This document shows positions 28,877 through 42,187 of a stretch of DNA of 64,000 nucleotides, piece after piece (the first letter of the stretch is position 1; each line of letters starts with the position of its first letter). The DNA is taken from NCBI GenBank assembly GCA_019745195.1, contig JAIETL010000056.1, forward strand, positions 26,238 through 90,237, written 5' to 3'. The stretch comes from Beijerinckiaceae bacterium. Lineage in GTDB: Bacteria; Pseudomonadota; Alphaproteobacteria; Rhizobiales; Beijerinckiaceae. Both the position numbers and the translations under genes were made by a program. The notes under the pieces were generated by a model. That model saw only the letters and a program-made list of their open reading frames with translations. It searched no databases and was not told the origin of the DNA.

Positions 28877-31378
28877 TCAGAAGCGCGTGCCGCCCGAGAA
28901 CCGGAACGCCTGCAGACGGTCGCCGCCGAACTTGCGGCCGAACGCATCGCGCTGGCCGTCATCCTTCGACAGAGCAAAGGCGTAGTCGAAGCGGATCGGC
29001 CCGAGCGGCGACTGCCACAACAGGCTCGCGCCGACCGACGAGCGGATGACGTTCTTGTCGCGTACGCAGGCAACGTTGGTCTGGTAGATCGACGTCGTGG
29101 CGACGTTGAACTGCCGCGCCTCCGAGCCCACGGGGCAGGTTGTCGGCGTGGTGACCGTCTTGGAGCCGCCATCGTAATTGAACAGCGTGCCGGCATCCGC
29201 GAAGACCGCGCCGCGAAGGCCGAGATCGCGCGGCAGACCGAAGATCGGGAACTGGATCTCGAGCGAACCGCCGAAATAGGTGGTGCCGCCGAGTGCGTTC
29301 GCGGTCGGGTCGTTCAGGACGTCGCGTGGGCCGATGCCCGACGGCGCAAAGCCGCGGACCAGGGTCGGTCCGAGGAAGTAGTGATCGATCATGCGCAGAT
29401 TGCCGCTGGTGGCCTGCACATGGCCGGCCTGGCCGCGGATGAAGCCGACGACGTCGTCGAAGATCTCGCGATAGTAGCGCGCATCGGCGGAGACGCGCAG
29501 GAACTTCGAATCGCCGCCCACGCCAGCGAATTCCGGCTTGAGTTCCGCGACAAATCCGTTGCGCGGGTTCTGCACGTTGTCGAGCGAGTTGTAGTTGAAG
29601 TTGACGCCGACAAGCGATGTCAGGGTGGTGCCCTGCGCTTCCTTGACCGCGATCGTCGCCTCGCCATTGGTCAGGCAGTTGATGGCGGCGTTTTCGGGCA
29701 GACCAGAGCCGAGCGTTCCCGGCGTCACGCCGATGAGCGGCCGCGTACAATCGTTGAACGGATTGGAGGTCGTATTCGGGATCTCGATCTCGGTGGTGTA
29801 GATCGAGTAGCGCGGCGTGATCGAGAACTCTTCCGTGATCGGGAAGGTCGCGCGGATCTGGCCGCCCGTCACGCGGCTCTCGAAACGGCCGGTGTTGTAG
29901 TTGTCGTTGAACTTCGAAAACAGATCGAAGCCCGCCGCGATGCGCCGGCCGAGGAAATAGGGCTCGGTGAAGGAGAAATCGACGCCCTTGCTGCGCTGGC
30001 CGAGCGTGCCCGCGATGCGGACGAACTGGCCGCGGCCGAGGAAGTTCGATTCAGACAGCGAGACCTCGCCGATGACGCCATCGGAGGTCGAGTAGCCGCC
30101 GGCGATCGAGAACGAGCCGGTCGCCTTGTCCTCGACATCGATGTTAACGACAACGCGGTCGGGCGCGCTGCCCGGCTCGTTGGTGATGCGGACCTTGTTG
30201 AAGAAGCCGAGATTGTTCAGCCGGCGTTCGGCGCGGTCGATCAGGACCTTGTTGTAGGCGTCGCCTTCGCCGAGATCGAGCTCGCGGCGCACGACATAGT
30301 CGCGCGAGCGGGTGTTGCCGCGCACGTTGATGCGCTCGACATAGACGCGCGGACCCTCGTCGACGACATAGGTGATGCCGATCAGCCGACCGGCGGCGTC
30401 GCGGTCGCCGCGCGGGCGGACCTGGGCGAAGGCGTAGCCACGGCGCGAGACCTCGGTCGTCAGGCTGACCAGCGACTTCTCGACCGCTTCGGCATTGTAG
30501 GTATCGCCGGCGGAGGTTGCGACGAGACGCTGCAGGGCGTTCGGATCGAGGTCGCGCAGGCGGGAATCGACGTTGACGCTGCCGACGCGGTACTGCGGAC
30601 CTTCGTCCACCGCGATGTCGATGATCCAGCCCTGGGCGGCGTCGTCGAAGCGCGCCGAGTTCGAGACGATCTGGAAGTCGGCATAGCCGTTTTTCAGGTA
30701 GAAGCGCCGGACCAGCTCGAGATCGGCCGCGATGCGGTCGGCGTCATAGACGTCGGAGGTCTTGATGAAGCTGAGGAAATTCGATTCGGTCGACTGCATC
30801 AACCCGCGCAGGCGGCCCGACGAGTAAGTGCCGTTGCCCGAGAAATTGATGCTCTTGATGCCGGTCTTGCCGGTCTCGACGATCGTGAACACCACGTCGG
30901 GCCGACCGTTCGGGAGCGGAGCCACGCGGGCCGTGACCGACGACGCGCCATACCCAGAACGCCGATAGGCTTCCTTGATGCGCTCGACGTCGGAATCGAT
31001 CAGCGCCTGGCTGATCGGCCCGCGCGCCTTGGTCTGCACGAGCTGGGACAGCTGGTCGCTCTTGACGCGGCGGTTGCCCTCGAAGGCGACGCGATTGATG
31101 GTGTCGTTCTCCTGGACGGAGATGACGGTCTGCGAGCCGCGACGGCTGACCTGAACGCTGGAAAACAGCCCGGTCGACAGCAGGCTCTGGCGAACCTCCT
31201 GAGGGCCGCCCTGATTGGCGTAGGAGCGGATCGTCTCCGCGTCGACTCGCCTGTTGCCTTGGACAATCACGGCCTGCGCGAACGCCACGCCGCCGCTGAC
31301 GGCAAGCATGAAAGCCGAAAGTCCGACTGATCGAGAGAGCCTGGTCTTGAAGGGCCGGCTCTTTTGGGTCGACGTCAT
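28877..31378 (-). CDS. bamA: Outer membrane protein assembly factor BamA
   Basis: 833 aa from ATG 31378. Signal peptide ..GGVAFAQ, POTRA repeats, and a C-terminal beta-barrel ending ..FRFSGGTRF. Confidence 0.93.
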   Translation of the reverse strand: MTSTQKSRPFKTRLSRSVGLSAFMLAVSGGVAFAQAVIVQGNRRVDAETIRSYANQGGPQEVRQSLLSTGLFSSVQVSRRGSQTVISVQENDTINRVAFEGNRRVKSDQLSQLVQTKARGPISQALIDSDVERIKEAYRRSGYGASSVTARVAPLPNGRPDVVFTIVETGKTGIKSINFSGNGTYSSGRLRGLMQSTESNFLSFIKTSDVYDADRIAADLELVRRFYLKNGYADFQIVSNSARFDDAAQGWIIDIAVDEGPQYRVGSVNVDSRLRDLDPNALQRLVATSAGDTYNAEAVEKSLVSLTTEVSRRGYAFAQVRPRGDRDAAGRLIGITYVVDEGPRVYVERINVRGNTRSRDYVVRRELDLGEGDAYNKVLIDRAERRLNNLGFFNKVRITNEPGSAPDRVVVNIDVEDKATGSFSIAGGYSTSDGVIGEVSLSESNFLGRGQFVRIAGTLGQRSKGVDFSFTEPYFLGRRIAAGFDLFSKFNDNYNTGRFESRVTGGQIRATFPITEEFSITPRYSIYTTEIEIPNTTSNPFNDCTRPLIGVTPGTLGSGLPENAAINCLTNGEATIAVKEAQGTTLTSLVGVNFNYNSLDNVQNPRNGFVAELKPEFAGVGGDSKFLRVSADARYYREIFDDVVGFIRGQAGHVQATSGNLRMIDHYFLGPTLVRGFAPSGIGPRDVLNDPTANALGGTTYFGGSLEIQFPIFGLPRDLGLRGAVFADAGTLFNYDGGSKTVTTPTTCPVGSEARQFNVATTSIYQTNVACVRDKNVIRSSVGASLLWQSPLGPIRFDYAFALSKDDGQRDAFGRKFGGDRLQAFRFSGGTRF

Positions 31379-31600
31379 CGGGTCGCCTATTCCATCTCTA
31401 AGGTCGCCACCCCAAGCGGGGGTTCCGGCCACTAAGCCGAAGCTCGGGAACTTTGCAGTCCAATCGCTTCTACAAAGTTTCCTGCGGGGTGCAAACCGGG
31501 TTTGTCGTTAACAAAATATTTTTAGCTTCCGCGTGGCCATGAGGCCACGCGGGCTGCCGCGATTCCGCCGCAAACGAGCGAATGCGCGGCTTGAACGACC

Positions 31601-32752
31601 TCAAAGCAACGATTTTACGTGGACGAGGTCGTTCCAGGTGACGAAAAGCATCAACATCAGCACGAGGCCGAGCCCGAACCGGAAGCCGAGTTCCTGGGCC
31701 CGATCGCTGAGAGGCCGGCCACGCAGCGCCTCGATGGCGTAGAACATGAGGTGGCCGCCATCCAGCATCGGAACGGGGAGCAGGTTCATCAGGCCGATCG
31801 AGACGGAGAGAATCGCAGCGAGGCTGATCAGCGCCATGAATCCGCCGTTCGCGGCCACCAGCCCCGAGACCTGGGCGATCCGGATCGGCCCCGAAAGCTG
31901 GTCGGTCGATTCCCGCCCGGTCACCAGCTTGGCGACATAGTCGTAGGTGCGGTCGACGACGTACCAGGTTTCCGACAGGCCGGCTTTCAGCGCCTCCAGC
32001 GGTCCGTAGGCTTGCGTCGTCCAGTCCTCCGCCTTGCGCGAGGCCTGGACGCCGATCACGCCGATGCGCTGTTTGCCCAGCGGCGTCGCGGTCTCGACGA
32101 GGCTGGGCGTCACCGGCAGCGTCACCCGCCCGCCTTCGCGCTCGACAGTGATCTGCAGCACCTCGTCGGGGCGGCCCGAGACGGCGCGCTGCATGTCGTT
32201 GAAGCTGCGGATCGGGCTGCCGTCGATGGACAGGATAAGGTCGCCGGCGCGAATGCCGCCGCGCTCGGCGGCGCTGCCGGCGACGACCTGCTCGACCCGC
32301 GGAGTCAGCACCTGCTTGCCGAAGAAGAAGACGGTGCCGGCGAAAATCACGATCGCCAGCAGGAAATTCGCGATTGGCCCGGCCGCGACGATGGCGGCGC
32401 GTTCGCCGATCGACTGGGCCGGGAACGTGCGCGCGCGCTCCCGCTCGCTCATATGCGAGACTGCGGCGTTATCGGGCGCGCTGGACGCATCGGCGTCTCC
32501 GGAGAACTTCACATAGCCGCCGAGCGGAATCAGCGCGAAACGCCAGCGCGTACCATGCCTGTCGTCGAACCCGAAGATCTCGCGCCCGAAGCCGATCGAG
32601 AACACCTTCACATCGACGCCGCACCAGCGGCCGACGAGGAAGTGCCCGAGTTCATGGACGAAGACCACGACCGTCAGCACGAACAGGAACGGCAGCAGAT
32701 AGGTCAGCAGAAAGCCGCCCGCGCCCATGATCGCCGCCGCAATGTCCATCAT
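31601..32752 (-). CDS. rseP: RIP zinc metalloprotease RseP
   Basis: 383 aa with HELGHFLVGR (HExxH), a PDZ region and NLLPVPMLDGGH motifs. Confidence 0.9.
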   Translation of the reverse strand: MMDIAAAIMGAGGFLLTYLLPFLFVLTVVVFVHELGHFLVGRWCGVDVKVFSIGFGREIFGFDDRHGTRWRFALIPLGGYVKFSGDADASSAPDNAAVSHMSERERARTFPAQSIGERAAIVAAGPIANFLLAIVIFAGTVFFFGKQVLTPRVEQVVAGSAAERGGIRAGDLILSIDGSPIRSFNDMQRAVSGRPDEVLQITVEREGGRVTLPVTPSLVETATPLGKQRIGVIGVQASRKAEDWTTQAYGPLEALKAGLSETWYVVDRTYDYVAKLVTGRESTDQLSGPIRIAQVSGLVAANGGFMALISLAAILSVSIGLMNLLPVPMLDGGHLMFYAIEALRGRPLSDRAQELGFRFGLGLVLMLMLFVTWNDLVHVKSLL

Positions 32753-32855
32753 CGTCTCCAGAACTGTCTCAGCGGCGGATCATCCCGAGCCCGCTCTTGC
32801 GAGCGGCTAGCTCAGGATTCGCGCGAAATGACGACCGATCGTCCCTCCGCCGCCT

Positions 32856-34034
32856 TTAGGTGACAGCCATCGCGGCCCGCGGCAAGAGTGCGGCCGCGCG
32901 TTTTCTCGCCTCTTGGTCAATGGCGAGTGCAGCGGCGACGTCGGCGGGCGAGGCCTGGTCGGCGAAGGCCATGGCGCACACCTGCTCGACCAGCCGCGCA
33001 ATGCCTGGAAACGGGATGCGCCCGGCGAGAAAGGCCGCTACCGCGATCTCGTTGGCGGCGTTGAGGACCGCCGGCGTCGCGCCGCCCGCCCGCAGCGCCG
33101 CGATCGCCAGACCAAGCGCCGGAAAGCGCACGAGATCGGGCCGTTCGAAGCTCAGCGGCGCGGTCTTCGCCAGATCGAGAAACCGCGCCGGCGGCGCATC
33201 GAGCCGGCCGTCGACACCAAGACAATGGGCGGCGGCGACGCGCATGTCGGGCATGGCCATGCCGGCGCTGACCGAGCCGTCGCGAAAGGCGATCAGCCCG
33301 TGGACGATCTGCTGCGGATGCACCAGCACTTCGAGCTGGTCGGGCCGGACCCCGAACAGGAAGCAGGCCTCGATCAGCTCCAGCCCCTTGTTCATCATGC
33401 TGGCCGAATCGATCGTGATCTTGGCGCCCATCGCATAGTTGGGATGGTTCAACGCCTGCTGCGGCGTCGCGGCCGCGATCTGCTGCGCGTCCCAAGTCCG
33501 GAACGGCCCGCCCGAGGCGGTCAGGATCATGCTGGCGATCGACGAGACCGGCTCCGCGCCCAGCACCTGGAACAGCGCGTTGTGCTCGGAATCGAGCGGC
33601 AGGATGCGTGCGCCCACGGCCTGCGCGCGGGCCATCACCGCAGCGCCCGCGCAGACCAGGCTCTCCTTGTTGGCGAGCGCCACGATCCGGCCCGGCGTCA
33701 GCGCCGCAAACGTCGCCTCCAGCCCCGCCGCGCCCGAGATCGCGCTGACGACGATGTCGCTCTCCATCGCAACGGCATCAAGCACGGCCGAGCGCCCTGC
33801 CCCGCTGGCGATGCCAGTCCCTGACAGCGCCTCCGCCAGCACGGGACCGCCGGCCTCGTCGGCAAGCGCGGCGAAACGGGCGCCGGTCTCGACCGCGACG
33901 CGGGCCAGAGCCGCGGCGTCGCGCCCGCCGACCACGGCGAGGATGGCGAGACGATCGGGATTCTCGGCGACGACATCGCGCGTCGAGCGGCCGATCGAGC
34001 CTGTCGCGCCCAGCAAGGTTACGGTCCGGAGCAC
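32856..34034 (-). CDS. dxr: 1-deoxy-D-xylulose 5-phosphate reductoisomerase
   Basis: 392 aa with LGATGSIG, LANKESLV, DSEHNA and NAANE motifs. Confidence 0.95.
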   Translation of the reverse strand: MLRTVTLLGATGSIGRSTRDVVAENPDRLAILAVVGGRDAAALARVAVETGARFAALADEAGGPVLAEALSGTGIASGAGRSAVLDAVAMESDIVVSAISGAAGLEATFAALTPGRIVALANKESLVCAGAAVMARAQAVGARILPLDSEHNALFQVLGAEPVSSIASMILTASGGPFRTWDAQQIAAATPQQALNHPNYAMGAKITIDSASMMNKGLELIEACFLFGVRPDQLEVLVHPQQIVHGLIAFRDGSVSAGMAMPDMRVAAAHCLGVDGRLDAPPARFLDLAKTAPLSFERPDLVRFPALGLAIAALRAGGATPAVLNAANEIAVAAFLAGRIPFPGIARLVEQVCAMAFADQASPADVAAALAIDQEARKRAAALLPRAAMAVT

Positions 34035-34040
34035 GCTGCC

Positions 34041-34882
34041 TCACCCCTCGATGCGGGAGATGAAGAGAACGAGACCGGCGAAGACGAGCACCGCCCAGTA
34101 GCCGTCGAGCCGGTCGAGAAAGCCGCCATGTCCGGGAATCAGACGGCTGGAATCCTTGGCGCCGAAGCGGCGCTTGATCGCCGATTCGAACAGGTCGCCG
34201 GCCTGGCTGACCACCGAGGCGAAGAGCGAGGCTGCGATCGCTGTCCAGGGGCCGACCAGCATGGCTGAGGCGGGCGTCAGCCACCAGATCGCAAAGCCGC
34301 CGAGCGTGCCGGCGGTTGCGCCGCCCAGCGCGCCGGACCAGGTCTTCTTCGGGCTGACGCTGGGCATCAGCTTGGGGCCGCCGAGCCTGCGCCCGGTGAA
34401 ATAGGCTGCGATATCGGTGAGCCAGACCACGGCGAAGCTCCAGATGATCAGCGCCAGACCGAGTTCGGGCACGCCGCGCAGCGCCGGCGCGATCAAGGCG
34501 AAGGCGAGCGCATAGGCGACGCCGCAGGCTTCCAGCAGGCGGCGGTCGCCCGCCAGCGGCGTCAGGACAGCGCCGATCAGCGCGGCCAAGGCCGCGACGC
34601 CTGCCAGCGCAGCCGCGCTGACCGGCGCGAAGCCGAGCGCGAGCCCCGCCAGCGCCACGCCGATGCCGCCGGGCGCCGCATTGCGCCGGCTGACGATGGC
34701 GAGCCACTCATAGGCGACGAGCCCGGCGACAACCGCCCAGACCAGCCGGAACGGCCAACCGCCCCACCAGGTCGTCAGCAGCACGCCGGCCGCCAGCACG
34801 AGCGCGGAGATGATCCTGAGCCGGAGTTCGCTCGCGCCCGGTCTGGCGTCGCTGGAGTTCGGCTGGCCGGGGAGCGGCGCGG

Positions 34883-34886
<4 letters not shown>
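34041..34886 (-). CDS. cdsA: Phosphatidate cytidylyltransferase
   Basis: 281 aa, multi-TM, with the C-terminal [27 protein letters not shown] signature. Confidence 0.88.
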
Positions 34887-35674
<788 letters not shown>

Positions 35675-35740
35675 TCCCTGAAGCCCCGTTCGACCAGCCC
35701 CGTATGAGCGCCGCGGATCAGCCCCGGCGCGGTGGAGCGA

Positions 35741-36304
35741 TCAGACGCTCAGGATTTCCTTTTCCTTCGCCGCCAGCGCCTGATCGATCTCGACAATATG
35801 CTGATCAGTCGCCTTCTGCACGAGATCGGACTGACGGGTCACGTCGTCCTTGGTGAAATCGCCGTCCTTTTCCACCTTCTTGATGATGTCGATGGCGTCG
35901 CGGCGGACATGGCGCACGGCAATCTTCGATTCCTCGGCGTATTTATGCGCGACCTTGACCATCTCCTTGCGGCGCTGCTCGTTCAGCTCCGGGATGCGGA
36001 TGCGCAGCACGGCGCCTTCGGTCTGCGGGTTGAGGCCGAGATCGGATTCGCGGATCGCCTTCTCGACGGCGTTGACCATGCTGCGGTCCCAGACCTGCAC
36101 GCTGAGCAGCCGCGCCTCGGGCACGCTGACGGTGGCGAGCTGGCTGAGCGGCGTGCGTGCGCCATAGGCCTCGACCATGATCGGATCGAGCATGTTGGCG
36201 GAAGCCCGCCCGCTGCGCAGCGAGGCGAGATCGCCCTTGAAGGAGGTGACCGCGCCGTCCATGCGGCGCTTCACGTCGGCGAGGTCGAATGTCGTCTGGG
36301 CCAT
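35741..36304 (-). CDS. frr: Ribosome recycling factor
   Basis: 187 aa from ATG 36304 with full-length RRF similarity (LRSGRASANMLD, IPELNEQRRKE). Confidence 0.95.
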   Translation of the reverse strand: MAQTTFDLADVKRRMDGAVTSFKGDLASLRSGRASANMLDPIMVEAYGARTPLSQLATVSVPEARLLSVQVWDRSMVNAVEKAIRESDLGLNPQTEGAVLRIRIPELNEQRRKEMVKVAHKYAEESKIAVRHVRRDAIDIIKKVEKDGDFTKDDVTRQSDLVQKATDQHIVEIDQALAAKEKEILSV

Positions 36305-36416
36305 CGTCTTCAAGACCTTGGAGTTTATACGAAACCGGGCGCGACCATGGCGGGGGGGCTCCGCAGGGTCAAGGATTTCCGAAACGGGTCGAGGTTTTCA
36401 TCTTACAGGCACTCGG

Positions 36417-37124
36417 TTACGGCGTCACATAGGTCGCCCGGCCCTCAGCCCGCAGGACGGCGGCGAGCGCGCCCTTCTCCGCGATCGAGAACACGACGAT
36501 GGTGAGGCCCGCGTCGCGGGCGAGCGCGAAGGCGGCCGTGTCCATCACCTTGAGATCGCGCTTGATCGCCTCGGCATGCGTCAGCGTCTCGTAGCGGGTG
36601 GCGGAGGGATCGGTCTTGGGGTCGGCGGTGTAGACGCCGTCGACCTGCGTCGCCTTGAGCAGATGGCTGCAGCCGAGTTCGGCGGCGCGCAGCGCGGCGC
36701 CCGTATCGGTGGTGAAATAGGGGTTGCCCGTGCCGCCGCCCAGCACCACGACCTTGCCGTGGCTGAGATGGTCGAGCGCGCGCTTGCGGGCGTAGCTCTC
36801 GCAAAGCGAGGGCATCGGCACGGCCGACATCGCGCGGGCCGGGGCTCCGGCGCTCTCGATCGCATGTTCGAGCGCGAGCGCGTTCATCACCGTGCCGAGC
36901 ATGCCGATCGAATCGGCGCTGGTTCGGTCGAGCCCCTTGTTCAGGCCCTGCACGCCACGAAAGAAATTACCGCCGCCGACGACGATGGCGATCTCGACGC
37001 CTTCGCGCGCGGCATGCGAGATGTCGTCGGCGAGAGCCGTCAGCGTGCCGCCGTCGAGGCCCGATCCCGCAGTGCCCGCAAGGGCTTCGCCGGAGAGCTT
37101 CACGAGGACGCGTTTGGGTCTCAT
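36417..37124 (-). CDS. pyrH: UMP kinase
   Basis: 235 aa with KRVLVKLSGEAL and VVLGGGTGNPYFTTDT motifs. Confidence 0.95.
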   Translation of the reverse strand: MRPKRVLVKLSGEALAGTAGSGLDGGTLTALADDISHAAREGVEIAIVVGGGNFFRGVQGLNKGLDRTSADSIGMLGTVMNALALEHAIESAGAPARAMSAVPMPSLCESYARKRALDHLSHGKVVVLGGGTGNPYFTTDTGAALRAAELGCSHLLKATQVDGVYTADPKTDPSATRYETLTHAEAIKRDLKVMDTAAFALARDAGLTIVVFSIAEKGALAAVLRAEGRATYVTP

Positions 37125-37192
37125 CGGTCGTCTCCTGCTTTACGCCAGTTCTGCGCGAGGCCGATTCGATGGCTCGCGCGAGCCTTCTTACA

Positions 37193-37218
37193 CAAAAAAG
37201 GCCGCGCGGGGCGCGGCC
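37193..37218 (-). terminator. Intrinsic terminator of tsf
   Basis: On the minus strand GGCCGCGC-CCC-GCGCGGCC is followed by TTTTTTG. Confidence 0.8.
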
Positions 37219-37244
37219 TTTCGAGGATGCCTGTGAACCGGCAA

Positions 37245-38168
37245 TCAGCCGGTGGTGCCGCCAGCGGCCGCGACCTCGGCCGCAAAATCCTGCTCTTCCT
37301 TCTCGATGCCCTCGCCGAGCGCGAAACGGGCGAAGCCGGTCAGCGCGACGGGCGCGCCGAGCTTGCCCTCGCTCTCCTTGAGCACCTGGGCGACGGACTT
37401 GGAGCCGTCATGGATATAGGCCTGCTCGAGCAGGCAGTATTCCTTGGCGTAGCTCTTCAGGCCGCTTTCGGTGATCTTGGCCAGAACATGCTCGGGCTTG
37501 CCGGCGTTCTTCTCGGCCAGAATCGCCTTTTCGCGGGCCAGAACCTCGGGATCGACCGAGGCGAGATCGAGCGCGATCGGATTGGTCGCGGCGACATGCA
37601 TGGCGAGCTGGCGGCCGAGCGCTGCCAGCTCATCGGCCTTGCCGGTCGATTCCAGCGCGACGATGACGCCGATCTTGCCCAGCCCGTCGGCGACCGCGCC
37701 ATGAACGTAGCTACCGATCACCCCGGCCTTGACCTTGAGCGCGGCGACGCGGCGCAGCGTCATGTTCTCGCCGATCGTGGCGATGGCGTTGGCGATGGCG
37801 TCGGCGACCGTGCCGCCGCCCGGATAGTGATGGGCGAGCACGGCCTCGACATCGCCGCCGCGCTCCAGCGCGACATTGGCGATGCCATGGGCCAGCGCCT
37901 GAAATTCGAGGTTGCGGGCGACGAAGTCGGTCTCGGAGTTGAGCTCGATCACCACGCCGTCATGGCCCTTGACCGCGACCGCGACGAGGCCCTCGGCGGC
38001 GACGCGGCCGGCCTTCTTGGCGGCCTTGGCGAGGCCCTTGGTGCGCAGCCAGTCGATCGCGGCCTCGATATCGCCGTCGACGGCCGAGAGCGCGGTCTTG
38101 CAATCCATCATGCCCGCGCCGGTCTTGTCGCGGAGTTCCTTCACCATCGCGGCGGTGATCGCAGCCAT
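37245..38168 (-). CDS. tsf: Translation elongation factor Ts
   Basis: 307 aa with the [25 protein letters not shown]-terminus. Confidence 0.95.
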   Translation of the reverse strand: MAAITAAMVKELRDKTGAGMMDCKTALSAVDGDIEAAIDWLRTKGLAKAAKKAGRVAAEGLVAVAVKGHDGVVIELNSETDFVARNLEFQALAHGIANVALERGGDVEAVLAHHYPGGGTVADAIANAIATIGENMTLRRVAALKVKAGVIGSYVHGAVADGLGKIGVIVALESTGKADELAALGRQLAMHVAATNPIALDLASVDPEVLAREKAILAEKNAGKPEHVLAKITESGLKSYAKEYCLLEQAYIHDGSKSVAQVLKESEGKLGAPVALTGFARFALGEGIEKEEQDFAAEVAAAGGTTG

Positions 38169-38360
38169 TTTGCCTTGTCCTTATCCTTGTACGAGCCGGC
38201 GCCTCGCGGGCGCGGCCACGTACCCTGTTAAAACCCTGCAGTCTTGAAATCTTGCCCGAAGAACCAACGCCGACGCTCCGTTTCCGGCCGCCGGCGCTCG
38301 TCTCGCATCACTGAAGAATGCGCTTTCGCGACGCGCTTGTGACGCGTCGCCGATATCGGC

Positions 38361-39383
<1,023 letters not shown>

Positions 39384-39575
39384 GGTGGTGTTCGTCCTTT
39401 ACCGGTTTTAGCCTCTGGGGTGCGAATGAACGAGGCATAGGCTGCCAAGCCACCGGAACGCCTTTCGGATGAAAGGCGGTGCTCCCCATGTGGAATGCGG
39501 TGGGCCATATAGCGGATGGGGCGGGAATGCAAGGTCGGGTTCGACGCTCGCGAAGGCAGCGCGCGATCTGCCTGT

Positions 39576-40103
39576 TCACCCCAGCCCGAGTTCACCCAGC
39601 ACCCGCCGCTCGATCTCGCCCTTCGGCAGGTCGACCGGCACGACCAGCGGGCGCTCGTCCTCGCCCGGCTCCTCCAGCGCGGCGAACTGGCTGTCGAGCA
39701 GGGCCGGCGGCATGAAATGATGCTGGCGCGCGGCCATGCGCTGGCCGATCAGTTCGCGCGAGCCTTTCAGATAGACCAGCGCCACGTCGAGCCTGTCGCC
39801 GACAATCACGTCGCGATAGCGCTTCTTCAGCGCCGAGCAGGTGACGATGCCGTTCTTGCCGGTTGCGCGCAGATCGTCGATCCAGGCCGCGATCGCGGCC
39901 AGCCAGGGCTTGCGGTCGTCGTCGTTCAGCGGCGTGCCGCCCGACATCTTTGCGACGTTCTGCGGCGGGTGGAAGGAGTCGGCGTCGCGAAACGGCCAGC
40001 CGAGCCGTTTGGCCAGCCGCTCGCCGAGCGAGGTCTTGCCGGAGCTGGCGACGCCCATGACGACGACGACCGCCGGGCTGTCGCGCTTTTGGGATGACCT
40101 CAC
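39576..40103 (-). CDS. gntK: Gluconokinase
   Basis: 175 aa with a GVASSGKTS P-loop and the GTPLNDDDRKPWL signature of GntK. Confidence 0.8.
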   Translation of the reverse strand: MRSSQKRDSPAVVVVMGVASSGKTSLGERLAKRLGWPFRDADSFHPPQNVAKMSGGTPLNDDDRKPWLAAIAAWIDDLRATGKNGIVTCSALKKRYRDVIVGDRLDVALVYLKGSRELIGQRMAARQHHFMPPALLDSQFAALEEPGEDERPLVVPVDLPKGEIERRVLGELGLG

Positions 40104-40109
40104 GACGGC

Positions 40110-41096
40110 TCAGCCCTGTTTCCTGGGCTCGACATGGCCGCCGAAGCCGGCCCGCATCGCCGACAGCACCTTCTCGGCGAAGGTGTGGTCCTTGCGCGAG
40201 CGGAAGCGGGTGTAGAGCGAGGAGGTCAGCACCTCGGCCGGGGTCGCGGTCTCGATCGCGGCCTGCACGGTCCAGCGGCCCTCGCCGGAATCCGAGACGT
40301 TGCCGGAATAGGAGGACAACTCGTCGTCGGCCGCCAGCGCCTCGGCGGTGAGATCGAGCAGCCAGGAGGTGACGACCGAGCCGCGCCGCCAGACTTCCGA
40401 AATCTCCGCCACGTCGAAATCGAAGCCGTATTCCGGCGGAAGCCCTTCCTTGGCGGATGCGTTGCGCAGCAGGTCGAAGCCTTCGGCGAAGGCCTGCATC
40501 ATGCCGTATTCGATGCCGTTATGGATCATCTTGACGAAGTGGCCGGCCCCGACCGGGCCGCAATGCAGATAACCCTGCTCGGATGTCGGGTTGCGGCCGT
40601 CGCGATGCCTGGTCGGCTCGATCTCGCCCTTGCCGGGCGCCAGCGCCTTGTAGATCGGCTCCAGCCGCCCGAAGGCCTCGCGGTCGCCGCCGATCATCAG
40701 GCAATAGCCGCGATCGAGCCCGTGGACGCCGCCGGAGGTGCCGACATCCATGTAATGGATACCCTTTGCAGCCAACTCCCGCCCGCGCCGGACGTCGTCC
40801 TTCCAGAAGGCGTTGCCGCCGTCGATCAGCGTGTCGCCGGGGGTGAGCATCGCGGCGAGTTCGGCCAGCGTTTTCTCGGTGATCTCACCAGCCGGCAGCA
40901 TCATCCAGATCGCGCGCGGCGCGTTCAGCTTCGCGACCATGTCCTTCAGATCGGCCGCTACGACGGCCCCGTCGGCGGCCAAAGCCGCGCCCGGCTTGGG
41001 ATCGCGGTCATAGACCACGCAATCGTGCCCGGCGCGCATCAGCCGGCGCACGATGTTGGCGCCCATGCGGCCGAGGCCGACCATTCCAAGCTGCAT
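40110..41096 (-). CDS. gnd: 6-phosphogluconate dehydrogenase, decarboxylating (short Gnd-like form)
   Basis: 328 aa with the [16 protein letters not shown] Rossmann motif and GTSGGV..G.C.M.GG motifs. Confidence 0.85.
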   Translation of the reverse strand: MQLGMVGLGRMGANIVRRLMRAGHDCVVYDRDPKPGAALAADGAVVAADLKDMVAKLNAPRAIWMMLPAGEITEKTLAELAAMLTPGDTLIDGGNAFWKDDVRRGRELAAKGIHYMDVGTSGGVHGLDRGYCLMIGGDREAFGRLEPIYKALAPGKGEIEPTRHRDGRNPTSEQGYLHCGPVGAGHFVKMIHNGIEYGMMQAFAEGFDLLRNASAKEGLPPEYGFDFDVAEISEVWRRGSVVTSWLLDLTAEALAADDELSSYSGNVSDSGEGRWTVQAAIETATPAEVLTSSLYTRFRSRKDHTFAEKVLSAMRAGFGGHVEPRKQG

Positions 41097-41143
41097 CGTC
41101 TCGCCCCTTCATCGCCGGTCGCAGGGCCGCAAGCCGCGACCCG

Positions 41144-42052
41144 TCAGAGCGCTTCTCGCATCCCGGCGGCCTCGGCGACAAGCCAGTCGCGCAGCAGCAC
41201 AAAAGCGGGGCTCGGCTGACGGTCGGCGGGATAGGTCAGCCAGTAGCCATGGCGGCTGCGAAAGCCGAGGCCGGCGGGGTTCACGAGCTGGCCGCCGGCC
41301 AGTTCCTCGCCGACCAGGGCGCGCGGGACAAGCGCAAGCCCCTGCCCGGCAATCGCTGCCCGAATCACCAGCGCGTAGAAGCCGAAGCGGATCACCCGCT
41401 GGGGCTTCAACCCCTCGACGCCGTTGGCCTCGCCGAATTCGCTCCAGCGCAGCGGGGTCTGGAAATGGTCGAGCACCGGGAAGCGCGCGACATCGGCCGC
41501 ATGTCCTATTCCGCCGAAGCGCGCGATGGCGTCGGGCGCGCCGACCAGCGCGACGTCGCGGCCGAAGAGGTCGTCGCAGATCTGCCCCGGCCAGTCGCCC
41601 TCGCCGAAACGAAAGACGGCGTCGGGCGCCTCGCTCGTCTCTTGCGTGACAAAGGTGGTGAACTGCACGTCGATCTCCGGATGCAGTTCGGCGAAGTGCG
41701 AGAAGCGCGGCACCAGCCAGCGGTCGCCGAGAATCGGCAGGACATGCAGACGGACGCGATGCTGGGCCGGGCGGAACGGTGCGAGCCCGGCCACCGCCGA
41801 CACCAGCCCTGCCAGCACCGCGCGCGCCGGGCCAATGAAGGCTCGGCCGGCCTCGGTCGGCTCCAGCCCGCGCCGGTTGCGCAGGAACAAAGCCGTGCCG
41901 ACGACCTGTTCCACGGCCTTGAGCTGCTTGCTGACGGCGCTCTGCGTCATGTTGAGCTCTGCCGCCGCGCCGGAGCACGAGGCGTGCCGCGCCACCGCCT
42001 CGACCACGCGCAGGCCCGTCGTCGATGGCAGGACATGTGGATTGCCAGTCAT
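41144..42052 (-). CDS. LysR family transcriptional regulator
   Basis: 302 aa. N-terminal HTH LRVVEAVARHASCSGAAAELNMTQSAVSKQLK, then a substrate-binding domain. It is divergent from argH. Confidence 0.85.
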   Translation of the reverse strand: MTGNPHVLPSTTGLRVVEAVARHASCSGAAAELNMTQSAVSKQLKAVEQVVGTALFLRNRRGLEPTEAGRAFIGPARAVLAGLVSAVAGLAPFRPAQHRVRLHVLPILGDRWLVPRFSHFAELHPEIDVQFTTFVTQETSEAPDAVFRFGEGDWPGQICDDLFGRDVALVGAPDAIARFGGIGHAADVARFPVLDHFQTPLRWSEFGEANGVEGLKPQRVIRFGFYALVIRAAIAGQGLALVPRALVGEELAGGQLVNPAGLGFRSRHGYWLTYPADRQPSPAFVLLRDWLVAEAAGMREAL

Positions 42053-42092
42053 GCCCGATCCTACAAACGGATCGGTAGCGAGGCAAAGTGCT

Positions 42093-42107
42093 ATTCCAGA
42101 TTGGAAT
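42093..42107. promoter_or_regulatory. Candidate LysR-type operator ATTCCA-GAT-TGGAAT (fits T-N11-A) in the LysR/argH divergent spacer
   Basis: Perfect 6-bp arms read directly. A second palindrome, CCGATCC-N7-GGATCGG, lies at 42055-42075. Confidence 0.4.
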
Positions 42108-42187
42108 GGGAGCCGGAAATCATCTCCTTTGCCGACATCGGCGCGCCGGCTCTACGCTGCCCCAGCGACATCAGCGGAGATTTCACC

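Noticed and set aside
28712-31330. 872-aa ORF on the plus strand
   Set aside because: It is antisense to bamA over its whole length. The translation is low-complexity and Arg/Asp/Ala-rich, so it is a GC-driven artefact.
31447-31483. ECF/sigma-E-like GGAACTT-N15-TCTAC and an imperfect inverted repeat GGAACTTTG/CAAAGTTTCC upstream of bamA
   Set aside because: The best -35/-10 spacing is on the plus strand, which points antisense into rseP rather than into bamA. On the bamA-sense strand the -10 does not fit. The E. coli sigma-E consensus is not established for this lineage.
36177-38231. 684-aa ORF on the plus strand
   Set aside because: It is antisense to pyrH and tsf. The same reasoning applies to 7295..8716 (anti-pyrG), 18854..20746 (anti-comEC), 20882..22705 (out of frame with gltX), 22814..24685 (anti-gltA/lpxB), 10022..11218 (anti-ppiD), 46839..47945 (anti-urtD) and 50964..52400 (anti-urtA).
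41249-42187. Long N-terminal extension of the argH ORF (787 aa in the track)
   Set aside because: The extension is antisense to the LysR gene and crosses the divergent spacer. ArgH homology (LWGGRF) begins only at GTG 42188.
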